Source: Chloropicon primus
Taxonomy: Eukaryota
Length of the DNA stretch: 64,000 bases
Assembly: GCA_023205875.1 (NCBI GenBank)
Contig: CP060754.1
Span: 248,001-312,000, forward strand
Direction of reading: 5' to 3'
Shown in pieces: positions 18,638-29,617 of the stretch; the first letter of the stretch is position 1, and every line of letters starts with the position of its first letter. The position numbers and the translations under genes were made by a program. A model generated the notes under the pieces. It worked only from the letters and a program-made list of their open reading frames with translations. It was not told the origin of the DNA and ran no database searches.

Positions 18638-20674
18638 CTAACCTCGGCGGTGATGCTTCCTGCACTTGCTACAGATAAAGTTTTCAGGGCAGGGCGCAGA
18701 GTCTGGATACCCATAGCACCTCGTGTGAACCCACCTGCTGCACCTCTCGCACTCGACCATTCTCTCTCCATCGTCATCTTTAGTCCCGCAGATACAATCG
18801 ACAATCCAGTCCTCCACCCCCCCGACGTGGTAGTACAACGTGTTCTTGCTAATCCCAACGCCCTTTGCGACGATGAACCTGTCTATCTTCAGGTCGCGCA
18901 GCCTCGCCTGATCCGAGATCTGGCTGGCCCTGATGCCAGAGAGGATGTCGGTCACCTTGAAGTTCTCGAAGATGGTATAAAGGTCTTTCATCGCCCGAGA
19001 AATCTCCTCCTTGAGCTGCCTCACGGTCGACGATTCGGGCAAAACGAGAACTTCGCACGGAATGGCGACCTTGTGTGCCCGGGAATGGCCCTGAGACTTG
19101 CCCCTCGGCGTTGCTATCCCGTCCTCCAGCTTAACGCTGACCAGTAAGCGAATCGCGTTCTTCATCACGGTAGGAGGTTCCCTGCTCTTAGACTCCACCT
19201 CGCAATAATAATTTTTCTCAAACTGCTTGGTGTCCAGCAAAAGCCTCACGTCCCTCTGCCACGAAGGCACGGAAGAAGACCTCGCAGACTTTGCGTCGAG
19301 TTGGTGAACAAGGGCGTTGTACAGCAGCTTCAAGTCGTTCTGGGGGTTCAAGTCCGACTTCGCCTTTGGCGTGGCCTGCCCATTCATTCCCGGCAGCACA
19401 ATTGGCAGAGCCTTCTCCCCCCTGAGAATTTCTACCTTGTATTCCAACACTCTTGTGTTGGAGTTAAACTCCCGTCTAATCATGTTCCCCCCAATGACCT
19501 GGTTCCCCATAACCTTGAGGACGAAGTCCAGCAGCCCCGTGTCCCCGATGTAGTGCCTCGCCGCATCCCTCACGTCCTGCCTCGACATCCAAGAGCTGCT
19601 GGCAGAGAGCGTGTTCAGAACGACGTAGGCTGCGAGCTTGAGCCGGTTGTCAGACCACCGGCAGGCAGGGAACTGAAAGTCGTCTATCTTGATGTTCGCC
19701 GCCTCCATGTTCGACACCAACGTCTGCTTGAATTTGGGCTTGGCAGTGTGAGTGATCTTGTTCGCCGTGGCCTGCTTCCCCTTGGCGCTCATCAACGTGG
19801 TGTTTGCCCTGTGAAGGAGGACGGACATGAGGTCGCCCAAGGTCTTCAACTTCGTTTTCCCGCCCTCTTCGTAGCTCGAGAGGGACACTATGAACTGAAG
19901 TCCGTGTTTCCTCACCTCGTTCTTGAAGGTCGATAGCGGAAAGCTGTGAAGCCTCGACACTGCGCTCTTCCACTTGGACTCGGTGATGTTGAACGGCCCA
20001 CGGCAGAAGCTGTACCCCCACTTGCCGTACCAAGTGGTCTTGTGCGCTATCGAATGCAGGAGGCGGTAAGGCAGCCCGCACTTGTGCGAGACGTCCTCTA
20101 CCGTGACCACCCTGGCCTTCAGCAGGGTGCACAGGTTGGTCCACACCTCCATCATTTGCCTCCCCGACAGGAGCAAGGACCCCCCCTCGTACCCGTTCAC
20201 CCGGAGCAGGTGGCCGAACCCGTTCGCGTGCAGGGTGCCGTGAAGGAGATGCGCCTGATTCTCCAGGAGCGCCGCCTTCACCACGCTCTCTCCGGCCCTC
20301 CAATTCAGCTCGAGCTTCCTCGCCGGGACGATGAAGTGATACGTCAGGTTACAAACGGGGTGCGAGTTCCAACCGGCTACCCTGCAGTTGTCACAGACCA
20401 CCACGCCCGTGTCCAGCACCATGCACTGTTCGAACACGTACAGATCGAGTAAATTCTTCTTCGAGCTGCTCCCTTGCGAGAAGCTCAGAGGGACGGTCCA
20501 CATTCTGCTGTAAAGGCTGTTTTGCCTGTGCTTGCTTGACCTCAAAGGGGACTTGAGGGTCCCGTAGTCCTCCAGAAAAGTTCGAACGTTCGTTCGGAAA
20601 GGCCCCACGTAGCCTCCATTCGGCGGCGAATTGGCCAGCCATGGTGAAGGCTTCGGCCTCTTCTGGCCCCCCAT
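18638..20674 (-). CDS. PHD finger protein of the MMD1(DUET)/MS1 family
   Basis: GPFRTNVRTFL, CDNCRVAGWNSHPVC..YHFI, HLLHGTLHANGFGHLLRVNG.EGGS, TWYGKWGY.F, SWI1-like RWS..RL..RQDVRDAARHYIGDTGLLDFVLK, and C-terminal PHD VDCICGTKDDDGERMVECERC..W.HTRC. First ATG at 20674. Confidence 0.9.
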   Translation of the reverse strand: MGGQKRPKPSPWLANSPPNGGYVGPFRTNVRTFLEDYGTLKSPLRSSKHRQNSLYSRMWTVPLSFSQGSSSKKNLLDLYVFEQCMVLDTGVVVCDNCRVAGWNSHPVCNLTYHFIVPARKLELNWRAGESVVKAALLENQAHLLHGTLHANGFGHLLRVNGYEGGSLLLSGRQMMEVWTNLCTLLKARVVTVEDVSHKCGLPYRLLHSIAHKTTWYGKWGYSFCRGPFNITESKWKSAVSRLHSFPLSTFKNEVRKHGLQFIVSLSSYEEGGKTKLKTLGDLMSVLLHRANTTLMSAKGKQATANKITHTAKPKFKQTLVSNMEAANIKIDDFQFPACRWSDNRLKLAAYVVLNTLSASSSWMSRQDVRDAARHYIGDTGLLDFVLKVMGNQVIGGNMIRREFNSNTRVLEYKVEILRGEKALPIVLPGMNGQATPKAKSDLNPQNDLKLLYNALVHQLDAKSARSSSVPSWQRDVRLLLDTKQFEKNYYCEVESKSREPPTVMKNAIRLLVSVKLEDGIATPRGKSQGHSRAHKVAIPCEVLVLPESSTVRQLKEEISRAMKDLYTIFENFKVTDILSGIRASQISDQARLRDLKIDRFIVAKGVGISKNTLYYHVGGVEDWIVDCICGTKDDDGERMVECERCSRWVHTRCYGYPDSAPCPENFICSKCRKHHRRG

Positions 20675-20824
20675 CCCCTCTCTCGTGTCCCCACGCAAGC
20701 AACACCCAGCCCCTCCTCCCTCTCCTTGCGCGGCTCCGCTGATTCAAAATCATCTTCGGCTTGAGGGGCAGAGGATCTCCCCCGTCGTCGAGAGGAGGGA
20801 CTGCGGGAGGTGCGTGCGTGCGCG

Positions 20825-22144
20825 ATGGAGAACTACGAGAAGGGGCCGACCCTGGGAGAGGGAACCTTCGGAAGGGTGTTCCGCGCCAAGGACAGGAGGA
20901 CGGGCCGGCTCGTGGCGATCAAGAAAATAAGGATGGGGAAGGCGAAAGAGGGGGTGAACGTCACCGCTATTAGAGAAATAAAGTTCCTCAAGGAGCTCCA
21001 GCACAAGAACGTGATCGAGCTGATAGACGTTTTCCCGCACAAGCGGAACCTCTACCTCGTGTACGAGTACATGACGAGCGATCTGGAGGCCATCATCAAG
21101 GACAAGGCGAACATAAGGCTGAAGCTCGGGGACATCAAGGCGTACATGCAGGCGATACTGGAGGGCCTCGCGGCGTGCCACAGGTACTGGATCATGCACA
21201 GGGACGTGAAGCCAAACAATATTTTGTTGGGGCCGGAGGGGCAGATAAAGCTCGCAGATTTCGGTGCGGGGAGAATATTCGGCAGCCCTAACGACAGGAA
21301 GTTCACCACCCAGGTCTTCGCCAGGTGGTACAGGGCCCCCGAGCTCCTGTTCGACTCCCAGCGGTACAGCTCCGCGGTGGACATGTGGGCGGTCGGGTGC
21401 GTCTTCGCTGAGCTCATGCTCAGGCGACCTTGGCTTCCGGGGAACAACGACCTGGAGCAGCTCTCCCTGATCTTCGACGCGTTGGGGACTCCGACAGAGG
21501 AGCAGTGGCCCGGGATGAAGTCCCTGCCGACGGCGAGCCAGGTGGTCTTCAAGCCCATAGCGCCCCCAAGCGCGGCTTCTCTTCGTCAGCTCTTCAGGTG
21601 CGACGCGGACGCCGTCGACCTCTTGCAGCAGCTTCTGTGCTTCGATCCCTCGAGGAGGATAAGCGCGGAGCACGCGCTGAAGCACCCGTACTTCAAGAGC
21701 AATCCGAGAGCCACCAAGTACGCCGACCTCCCCAAACCGACCGTGCCGTTCGGGGAGGAGCGGACGGCCGCGAACCAGGGGCTGGGCGAGCAAGTGGAAG
21801 GCTCGAAGGGAGAGGGGGGCGAGTACAATGGGGACGGGTTGGGCAAGAACTTCCTGGAGGGGATTCGGCGGAGCTCGTTCCCACCCGCCGCGAGCGACCA
21901 GATGCAGAGGGACCAAACCCAGAAGGAGTCCACGAGCGGCATGAGAATGAGCCTGCCCGCTGACGTGAAGATACAGGAGAACCAGCAGACCCCAAACATT
22001 TTGAAGAACGGGCACGACGATGAGTTCGGGAAGAGGGATAGCATGGAGCTGGAAAGGCCTCAGCTGGGGTCAGCGGACAAGGCCTACCTGAGGAAGAGGA
22101 AACTGGACATGGACCAAGCCTTTCTAGAGGCTTCGAACGACTAG
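20825..22144 (+). CDS. CDKD: Cyclin-dependent kinase D (CDK7/CAK type)
   Basis: GEGTFG, VAIKK, cyclin helix GVNVTAIREIK (plant CDKD N(V/F)TALRE), HRDVKPNN, T-loop FGSP..KFTTQVFARWYRAPE. Confidence 0.9.
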   Translation: MENYEKGPTLGEGTFGRVFRAKDRRTGRLVAIKKIRMGKAKEGVNVTAIREIKFLKELQHKNVIELIDVFPHKRNLYLVYEYMTSDLEAIIKDKANIRLKLGDIKAYMQAILEGLAACHRYWIMHRDVKPNNILLGPEGQIKLADFGAGRIFGSPNDRKFTTQVFARWYRAPELLFDSQRYSSAVDMWAVGCVFAELMLRRPWLPGNNDLEQLSLIFDALGTPTEEQWPGMKSLPTASQVVFKPIAPPSAASLRQLFRCDADAVDLLQQLLCFDPSRRISAEHALKHPYFKSNPRATKYADLPKPTVPFGEERTAANQGLGEQVEGSKGEGGEYNGDGLGKNFLEGIRRSSFPPAASDQMQRDQTQKESTSGMRMSLPADVKIQENQQTPNILKNGHDDEFGKRDSMELERPQLGSADKAYLRKRKLDMDQAFLEASND

Positions 22145-22196
22145 TAGTGGAAGGAAAGCGAGCTACTTGTAATGAAACTTACAAACGCGCGTGTAT

Positions 22197-23570
22197 TTAA
22201 TCTGGCAGCGCCGTGCCCCTCTCCAAGTTCTGCTTGATCTCCTTCGTGTACTTTCCGAAGGCCCTCTCCGCCTTTCTGTTGAAGTGGGCATTGCGGTCGT
22301 TGATGGCCCCAAAAGTCTCGTCCCTGTCCTTCCTTCTCCTGCTGAACTTCTCTGCCTTCTCCTTGCGGGCCTCGAGCTCCTTCACCATCCTGTCAACGCC
22401 AGCCTCAGACACCGGAGGGGCGACGCCGTGTAGCAGGGAGTCGCCTTCCCTGTAAAACTCTGGGTTGTTTGCCTTTGCCTTCTCATACTCCTCCATGTTG
22501 ACGTCGATCTGCTTCGTTCTCTTCTTATACGCGTTGTAGAGGCTCTTCTGGTTGAAGGCATCCCAACCGAACGCAGCTGGCTTCTTCTTCTTCTTCTTCT
22601 CGTACGCCTGCTCGGCATCCTCAGCAGACTCCAACAGGTGAGACTGCTCCTTGCTCAGACCATAAGCCTCCAGCTGCTTTGCCCTCTTCGACTTGCGCTC
22701 CTCCCACGCCATCTTGCCTCTGCTCTCTCTCTCCTCCCCAGAGCTGGCGGCTGACTTCTTCTGCTCGGCGACAACGGCGCCCTGATTGAGCTTCCTGGAC
22801 TGCTTGAGCTTCATCCTGAGGTCGAAGAGTTTTTTCTCCCGAGCCGACAGCTTCTCGTATCCCTCCGTGTCCACCCCACCCTCCTCCTCTTCCTCCTGCC
22901 CCTCTGCTCCATCCCGCTCCCCCTCCCTCTCCGCCTTCGCCTTCCCCGCCTCCTCGGCGTCCCTGAGACGCTTCAGCGACTGCGCATCCGGGTTGGCCTC
23001 CCTGTCTGCTTCTCGTGCCCTCTGCCTCTGAAGAGCCTCCTCCTTTCCGAGCTCCACCCCGCAGTCCCGGACGACAACTTCCTTGCTCGTCTTCCCGGAC
23101 TTGGAGCCCACGCTCTCAATGTACCGCACCACGTCCATACCCTCCACCACCTTGCCGAAAACGACATGCTTGCCGTCCAGCCAAGGACACGCAGCAGTGG
23201 TGAGGAAGAACTGGGATCCGTTGGTGTTCGGCCCGCTGTTCGCCATGCTCAGCACCCCAGGCCCCTCGTGCTTCAGAACGAAGTTCTCGTCGTCGAACGT
23301 TCGCCCGTAGATGGATTCCCCTCCGGTGCCGTCGTGGTTGGTGAAGTCCCCCCCCTGGCACATAAAGTTTGGGATCACCCTGTGGAAGGTGGAACCACGG
23401 TACGCAAGCTTCCTCCCACTCGTGGACGCACTCCCGCCCACGCAAAGCTCCCGGAAGTTTCTGCAAGTGTTCGGGACCACGTCATCCCTCAGCTCCGCCA
23501 CAACCCTCCCGGCCCTCTCCCCCCCCACCTCCATCTCCAAGTACACCCTCGACTTCATCCTCGACTTCAT
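22197..23570 (-). CDS. Cyclophilin-type PPIase fused to SYF2 splicing-factor domain
   Basis: Complete cyclophilin ([50 protein letters not shown]) followed by SYF2 ([52 protein letters not shown]). The real start is at 23570 or 23558; the upstream part of the 936-aa ORF is antisense to RBM28. Confidence 0.92.
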   Translation of the reverse strand: MKSRMKSRVYLEMEVGGERAGRVVAELRDDVVPNTCRNFRELCVGGSASTSGRKLAYRGSTFHRVIPNFMCQGGDFTNHDGTGGESIYGRTFDDENFVLKHEGPGVLSMANSGPNTNGSQFFLTTAACPWLDGKHVVFGKVVEGMDVVRYIESVGSKSGKTSKEVVVRDCGVELGKEEALQRQRAREADREANPDAQSLKRLRDAEEAGKAKAEREGERDGAEGQEEEEEGGVDTEGYEKLSAREKKLFDLRMKLKQSRKLNQGAVVAEQKKSAASSGEERESRGKMAWEERKSKRAKQLEAYGLSKEQSHLLESAEDAEQAYEKKKKKKPAAFGWDAFNQKSLYNAYKKRTKQIDVNMEEYEKAKANNPEFYREGDSLLHGVAPPVSEAGVDRMVKELEARKEKAEKFSRRRKDRDETFGAINDRNAHFNRKAERAFGKYTKEIKQNLERGTALPD

Positions 23571-23762
23571 CCTCGACTGCGTCTGGCAGTCTGGCAGCTG
23601 CTGAAAGACGTGCAGGACCGGCCGGCGGCTCCGTTGCAGAGTGAGGAGTGAGGAGTGCCCAGGACGGGAGAGGGGGTCGCGAGAAGGCCGAGGGAGAGGA
23701 ATATTCGACTTATCGTCGAGTTTCAACAGGGATTTGGGGAAGAGAAGGACTTGCAAGGAAAC

Positions 23763-26159
23763 ATGGATGACCCAGCAGTGAAGAGGAAGGTGATCCTGTA
23801 CCCGGAGAGCCGAGACGTGAGCTTCGATGAGATTCAGGAGGCGGTGGAGGGCGTCGTGGGGAAGGTGCGGGGGGCGAACCCCCTGGGAAACGGGGGATGG
23901 ATTCTCCGTATGTCGAACGCGACGGAGGCAATCGAGCTCCTGCAGGCCGCGAAGAAAGGGAAGGTGATTATTGGGGGGAAGAAGGTCTCGGCGCAGCGGC
24001 CGTCTCAGGGCCAGGCCACGGACGCGAACCGCATACCTCTTGGCGGAGTGTGCGCGACCCAGGCCAGGGCCGGTCCCTTCAGAAAGGACAGGGACAACAA
24101 GAGGCAGAGGGCCTGCACGGTCGTTATCGCTCACGTCAAGCCTTCGACCAAAGAATTGATACAGAAGGTGGTTGCTGAGGCAGGCAAGGTCGGAGAGGTG
24201 AAGACTGTGAAGGGCCCGCTGAGCCCCGAGGAGATCACCGAGGAGGAGATCTCCCTGTCCCAGATCGAGGGGAAGAGGGTCGGCAGCTTCGCTGCCTCTC
24301 CGGGAATAATTCTGGCCGAGTTTGGCGCCGTTGCGCACGCCTTCGCCGCAGTGAAACTGCTGCACGGAAAGTCGGTAAAGGGTCTGCACAAGCCTCTTTG
24401 GGCTCGCCAATTGGGAGGCGAGGGAGCGAAGATCAAGTACTGGAGAATCATCGTGAGGAACCTGCCCTTCAAGATTGACGAGACGAAGTTCAAAAAGCAC
24501 ATGAGCCTGAAGAACGAGCTCTTTGTCTGGGATGTTCACATCCCCAAAGGGGCGGACGGCAGAGTCAGGGGTTTTGGCTTCATCGGGTACATCTGCAGGT
24601 CTGACGCCGAGAAGGCCATCAAGAAGCTGAACGGAACCAAGCTTGAGGGCCGCACGATCGTACTGGATTGGACCGTGGGCAAGAAGGAGTTCCAAGAGGG
24701 AATGAAGAGCCAAGAGCCGGGCGCGGTGGCCACGGAAAACGACGAGGACGACGAGGACAGCGACGGCGAGGGCGAGGAAGCTGGGGAGTACAACGAGGGA
24801 GACGAGGGCAACGATCCCGAAAGCGCAGTCGGAAACGTGGACGAGGAATCCGCAATGATGGAGAGAATTGTTAGCTCGTTCCAGGCCAATTCCACGGAGA
24901 AGCCTGAAAGTGCGAAGCAGGATCATCAAGGCGCTCGTGCTCCAATGCCCCCGAAGAGCAAGGAGGAGGAGGAGGAGGCGATCGGCAGGACAGTATTTGT
25001 GTCCCACATTCCTTTGAACGCGTACAAGATGGACGTGCAGAGGGTGATGGAGAAATTTGGACAGGTCTCGAGCTGCAGAATGGTCATCGACAAGAAGGCG
25101 AGGAAATTCTCCGGCAAAGCCTTTGTGGAGTTCGCCAAAGCGGCTTCAGCAAAGAAAGCCTCCGAAGCTCACAGCGATGCCAAGTCAGGAAAGAGGGAAA
25201 AGGTGTCCATCAACGGCCACATCGTCAACATCTATTTGGCGCTGAACAAGAACGGGATCCAGGACCTTTCTGACCAAATCAAGAGGAAGACGAACAGGCC
25301 GGACAAGAGGAACTTGTACCTTGCTGACGAGGGCCACATCGACCCAGAGTCCGGCGCCGGGGAGGGCATGTCGGAGGGCGATCTGAGAGCGAGGGAGAGG
25401 TCGCACAGGGAAAAGCTTGAGAAGCTGAAGAATCCGAACATGTTTGTGTCCAAGACAAGACTCATGATAAGAAATCTGCCGAGGGAGATGACAAAGGGAC
25501 AGCTTCGCGCGCTTTGCATCAAAGCGGTAAAGGAGAGGGCGACCAAGGCGAGGCCGAAGGTGACTCAGTGCAAGATCATGTACACCGAGAACCCGAATAC
25601 AAAGGTGCTCAAGTCGAGCGAAAGGGGATTCATCGAATTCACTGATCACGAGCACGCCATTTGCTGCCTGAGGATGCTGAACAACAACCCAAGCACGTTC
25701 ACTGTTTCTCGGCGGCCCATCGTCGAGTTTGCTGTTGAGAACACCCTCAAGGTCCAGAAGCTCAAGAAGAGAGCCTCCACAGCTTCCGAGAAGTTGGCGT
25801 TGCGCAAGTCTGAGGCGTCGACTCCGAGAGGTGGAGATGAAAGAGAGGAGGGAAGGAACGGCAAGAAGTCGAGAGAGGGGGGCAAGAAGGAAAAGACTGC
25901 AAAGGAGACCGCGGGAGAAGACGGTTGCCAGGGATCCAAGGGAAGCGAGAAGAAAAGGAAGAGCTCGGTGGAGAAGCCCGATAGGAAGAAGCCAAAGAAA
26001 TCTGCTGCGAAGGATGAAAGGGGGGACTCCGTCCAGCGGGAGGAGAGGCCTGCCAGGGCCAAGAAGAACAAAAAGCGGAAGGCTGAGGAGAAAGACAACC
26101 TTGATGACCTCATTCAGAATTACCAAGCCAAGTACTTTAACACAAGCCTGGACTACTGA
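23763..26159 (+). CDS. RBM28: RNA-binding protein 28 / Nop4 (multi-RRM nucleolar 60S biogenesis factor)
   Basis: [97 protein letters not shown], and a basic tail. Confidence 0.9.
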   Translation: MDDPAVKRKVILYPESRDVSFDEIQEAVEGVVGKVRGANPLGNGGWILRMSNATEAIELLQAAKKGKVIIGGKKVSAQRPSQGQATDANRIPLGGVCATQARAGPFRKDRDNKRQRACTVVIAHVKPSTKELIQKVVAEAGKVGEVKTVKGPLSPEEITEEEISLSQIEGKRVGSFAASPGIILAEFGAVAHAFAAVKLLHGKSVKGLHKPLWARQLGGEGAKIKYWRIIVRNLPFKIDETKFKKHMSLKNELFVWDVHIPKGADGRVRGFGFIGYICRSDAEKAIKKLNGTKLEGRTIVLDWTVGKKEFQEGMKSQEPGAVATENDEDDEDSDGEGEEAGEYNEGDEGNDPESAVGNVDEESAMMERIVSSFQANSTEKPESAKQDHQGARAPMPPKSKEEEEEAIGRTVFVSHIPLNAYKMDVQRVMEKFGQVSSCRMVIDKKARKFSGKAFVEFAKAASAKKASEAHSDAKSGKREKVSINGHIVNIYLALNKNGIQDLSDQIKRKTNRPDKRNLYLADEGHIDPESGAGEGMSEGDLRARERSHREKLEKLKNPNMFVSKTRLMIRNLPREMTKGQLRALCIKAVKERATKARPKVTQCKIMYTENPNTKVLKSSERGFIEFTDHEHAICCLRMLNNNPSTFTVSRRPIVEFAVENTLKVQKLKKRASTASEKLALRKSEASTPRGGDEREEGRNGKKSREGGKKEKTAKETAGEDGCQGSKGSEKKRKSSVEKPDRKKPKKSAAKDERGDSVQREERPARAKKNKKRKAEEKDNLDDLIQNYQAKYFNTSLDY

Positions 26160-26720
26160 AGAACTAAGCACCAAGCCTTCAATGCAATGAATGATCAACA
26201 ACACAACATCAGCAACATCAGGAAGCTTTCCGAGTTTTCCCGAGTTTTCCATTAGTTTTCCGTTGGTCAACAGACGGTGGCCTCCTGCTGCTTCCCTACA
26301 ATGGGAATTCCACTCTCCTGAAAATTCTTCTTGCCTCCTCCCCCTTTCACCAGTACTGGCCCATTGGTGAGATCTAATTAATTAAGAAAATACGACACAT
26401 TCTCCTCCTTCTCCCCCATGGCATTGACCTTGGCTTGGCTTGGCGAGCGCGAGACCGAGAGCGAGAGCGACGAGAGAGAGAGGGAGAGGGAGAGAGAGGG
26501 AGAGAGGTACGAAGAGGCAGCGCGAAACCCCTGCTTGTGTTGGACAGAGGGAGAACCACTGTGCAGAAGACGGGAATTGTTTCGGGAGCGGCGTCGTTGG
26601 ACGAGGAGGACGGAGCCTTGAGAGAGGGGCTACGGGGAGAGAAATTGGCGGAGAACGCGTGAGGTCGGTCGAGTTTGCTGGTAAATTTGTTTTTTGTTGT
26701 TGTTGTGACAAGGTGGAGCG

Positions 26721-28115
26721 ATGGATATGAAAGGTGTGACCGTGCTTGGGCAGTCCGACCTGTTTCGGATGATTGAGACCGTGAAGCCTCGGAAGGCGAC
26801 GGAGGAGAAGAGGGAGAAGCTCGAGCTGAAGAAAAAGAGTGAGGCGCGGGCTGCCAAGTGGCCGAACACCATCTCAGCCCAGAGGGCGAAGAAGGAAAAG
26901 CTGAGGAGGGCGAGGCTCGATGTGGAGGAGGACGAGAGGAGGAAGATAGACGCCATCGAGGCCGAGATCATGGCCGAAAGCAGGAGGCTCCAAATCGACC
27001 GCGCGAAGAAGAAGTTGTACGACAACAACGACAGGGTGAAAGCCCTTCATAGCAGTCTTCTCCTCTCGGAGGTGCTGGACGAGCGCGTTTCCCAGATAGA
27101 GTACAAGAAGAAGATCAAGGAGCTCAGGAAGTTGGAGGCCATCGCTTTCAACGTGCAGCAAGCCAAGGAGCTCGAGGTCAAGGAGGAAGAGGAGGAGCGG
27201 GCAATCTACGCAAGAAGGAAGGCCGCCCTCGAGCAGAAGCACGAGCAGCTGAAGCAGCTCGAGCAAGTGAAAGCCAAGATCGCTTTGGAGAAGAAGCGGG
27301 ACTTGGAGGAGGGCGAGCTTCTCAGGCGGGAGGCCGAGGAGGAGGCCATTAGGCAGCACGAGAAGGAGCTCAAGGTCCGCGAGGTTGCGAGGAAGCACAC
27401 GATGGAGACGATGAAGGCCAACGATGCCCTCCAGAAGTACAAGCTCAAGGAGCTCAACAGGGAGAAGGCGGCCGAGAAGGCCCAGGAGGCGTACGCCGCG
27501 AAGAAGGAGGCCTTCCAGCTGGAGAGGAAGAGGAGGGAGGTGGAGAAGGAGAACGGGAAGCAGAAGGCGAGGGACAGGATGATCAGGCTTATGGAGGACC
27601 AACTGGAGGCCGCCAGGAAGAAGAACGAGAGGAATTACGAGCTCCAGCACCAGCAGGCGGTCGCGAAGGAGGACGGAATCCTGGCCGAGAGGGCCGAGAG
27701 GAGGAGGAAGGAAAAGATCGCGATCGACAAGAGCAGGAAGCAGCAGCTCGCCATCAGGAACGCCATGAAGGAGCAGAAGAACGCGGACGACAAGGCCTTC
27801 CTGGACGCCTGGAAGGAGAGGACGAAGGAGCTGGCCGAGGAAGACGAGCTCGAGACGAAGATGAAGTTCTGGGAGAACAAGCAGCACCAGCAGTTCTTGA
27901 AGCACCAGATGGACTTCAAGGCGAAGAAGAAGATGCAGAGGAAGACCAAGGAGTTGGAGGGCGCCTACGTCGCCGCCCTCTCTATCGCCGAGGAGGAGGA
28001 CACTTTCAAGGCCTACGCCTCCGTCTGCATCGACGAGTGGAACAAGAGAGGAAAGTCTCTCAGGCCCATGCAGCTGCTCCTGAACGCCAAGGACGCTCTG
28101 GGCTCCACCAAGTAA
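26721..28115 (+). CDS. CFAP210: Cilia- and flagella-associated protein 210 (CCDC173; TPH-domain microtubule inner protein)
   Basis: SEARAAKWPNTI...EE.ERRKID..EA......RR..IDRAKK.LY...DRVKALHSSLLLSEVL.ER..QI is the CFAP210/CCDC173 N-terminal signature, followed by a long charged coiled coil. Confidence 0.82.
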   Translation: MDMKGVTVLGQSDLFRMIETVKPRKATEEKREKLELKKKSEARAAKWPNTISAQRAKKEKLRRARLDVEEDERRKIDAIEAEIMAESRRLQIDRAKKKLYDNNDRVKALHSSLLLSEVLDERVSQIEYKKKIKELRKLEAIAFNVQQAKELEVKEEEEERAIYARRKAALEQKHEQLKQLEQVKAKIALEKKRDLEEGELLRREAEEEAIRQHEKELKVREVARKHTMETMKANDALQKYKLKELNREKAAEKAQEAYAAKKEAFQLERKRREVEKENGKQKARDRMIRLMEDQLEAARKKNERNYELQHQQAVAKEDGILAERAERRRKEKIAIDKSRKQQLAIRNAMKEQKNADDKAFLDAWKERTKELAEEDELETKMKFWENKQHQQFLKHQMDFKAKKKMQRKTKELEGAYVAALSIAEEEDTFKAYASVCIDEWNKRGKSLRPMQLLLNAKDALGSTK

Positions 28116-28376
28116 GCCAACTACTTACTTGTGTACCTTTAAGACAAACAAAACCCCTGTAATCCTAATTCAAAAAGAAGAAGAAGAAAAGAGACATGTC
28201 CCATGGCACTCGGAGTGGAGCCTTCTCCCCAAGTAGCAGACTCACGCATTCGCTGCCTGGCTTCTTGCAACTTCCTTCTATCCATCCTCTTCTCCACCGC
28301 CACCGAGCTCTTCCTCGGGCGACATTTCCAGCCTCCACCGAGCTTTGCCTCTTCCTCAAGCCGCCGGGCAAGAGGG

Positions 28377-29166
28377 ATGGGCGACACCGCGGACGACGAC
28401 GCCGCGGGGCGGCTGCAACGGCTCGGCCTCGTGGGAGAAGGGAGGTGAGTTAGGGAGAGAGGGAGGGGCGTCCCGGATCTGCGGACCCGCGTTTTGCACG
28501 AGGACTGACTCGGTTTTTTTCCCTCTGCGCAGCGACCTCGCGCACGACGGTAACTCGCGGAGCGAGGAGGTCGTGGGCTCTTTCGACTCCGTGGGTCTTT
28601 CCTCGGGGTCAGCGTCGTCGCAGTCCCTCGGAACGCTCGCGTTGACCTCGAAGAGGATTGTGTGGACTCCCGACGACTCCAGCTCGGGCCCGGCCTGCTT
28701 CATAGATCTTCTCAAGGTCGTAATACACGCGCAGTCCAGCCCGACCGAAGGCAGCAAGGGTGGGATCTACCTGCAGGTCGAGGTCGAGGGCGAAGGCGAG
28801 GGCGCGGAGACCACGGAGTTCGTTCTCACCCCTCAAGACCAGTCGCTCTGTAAGTCAAAATTGCCTTTTGGCACACACCGCTTCGATCCCGTTGGCGCGG
28901 GTGACTCCAGGAAATGTTGACAGCGTTGTTGGGTTCCTCTCTCTCTTCACTGCTTCCTCTCAGTGGGCCAGATCTTTAGCACGCTCTGCGACTGCGTTGC
29001 GATGAACCCGGACCAGGGTTTTCTTGATCAGGAGGAGGGAGAAGAAGACTGTGGGGAGGGCAACGGAGCGGCGTTCTTCGTGAGCAACGGCCCCGCGAGC
29101 AGTGCCGGCGACGGCGACCTCCAGGACCTCGTGAGGGACGATCCGGACAGGTTCGCGGACGCCTGA
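28377..29166 (+). CDS. Methylosome subunit pICln (CLNS1A/Voldacs family); join(28377..28444,28533..28849,28964..29166)
   Basis: GTGAGT and GTAAGT donors with CAG acceptors splice in frame. GTLALTSKRIVW, VVIHAQS, IYLQVE, EFVLTPQD..LGQIFSTLCDCVAMNPD, acidic tract and terminal RFADA match pICln. Confidence 0.85.
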
Positions 29167-29315
29167 TGGGAGTTCGGAAGCGCGATGCTCTCTTTTGGAG
29201 CAAAGCCTGTCGAGATTTTTGTGCTGTTCGCTTCCTCGCGAAAGGTAAACCAGCGACCTCGCTTTTTCCTCCCGTGAGAGATGATGCTGGTGCTGATGCT
29301 CGTAAGAGTCGCGCG

Positions 29316-29389
29316 GCGCGGTGATGATACCTTTCCATGTCAGTTCTGCTACTGAATACCAAGTGAACGATACTTTTGGATCTGAGCGC
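29316..29389 (+). ncRNA. Box C/D snoRNA, U38/snR61 homologue (guide for LSU rRNA A in AAGCAGAACUG)
   Basis: GCGC/GCGC terminal stem, box C GTGATGA 29321-27, guide CAGTTCTGCT + A + D' CTGA 29352-55, box D CTGA 29382-85. The guide is the reverse complement of conserved LSU AGCAGAACUG. Confidence 0.88.
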
Positions 29390-29617
29390 AACGACGACGA
29401 CGACGACGATGACGACCGGTGGTGGTGGCTTCCCTCTTCTCTTCGTGCGCGGGACTTGTTCTGACCTCGAGAGACCTTTCCTCGTTTCCTCCGCAGAAGC
29501 TTGTCGCGAGGCGCAAGTCTCTCGGTTCTTCACGGGCCCTAGCGAGGTGAGTGCAATCGAACCAAACTTGCGTGTGCGTGCGTGCGTGCGTGCGAACAAC
29601 ACGAGCGGGGCGGGCAA

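Noticed and set aside
23571..25007. N-terminal 480 aa of the 936-aa minus-strand ORF, suggesting a giant fusion overlapping RBM28
   Set aside because: It is the antisense shadow of the RBM28 CDS, with Leu/Val/His-rich composition typical of reverse frames. The cyclophilin domain has its own ATG at 23570/23558.
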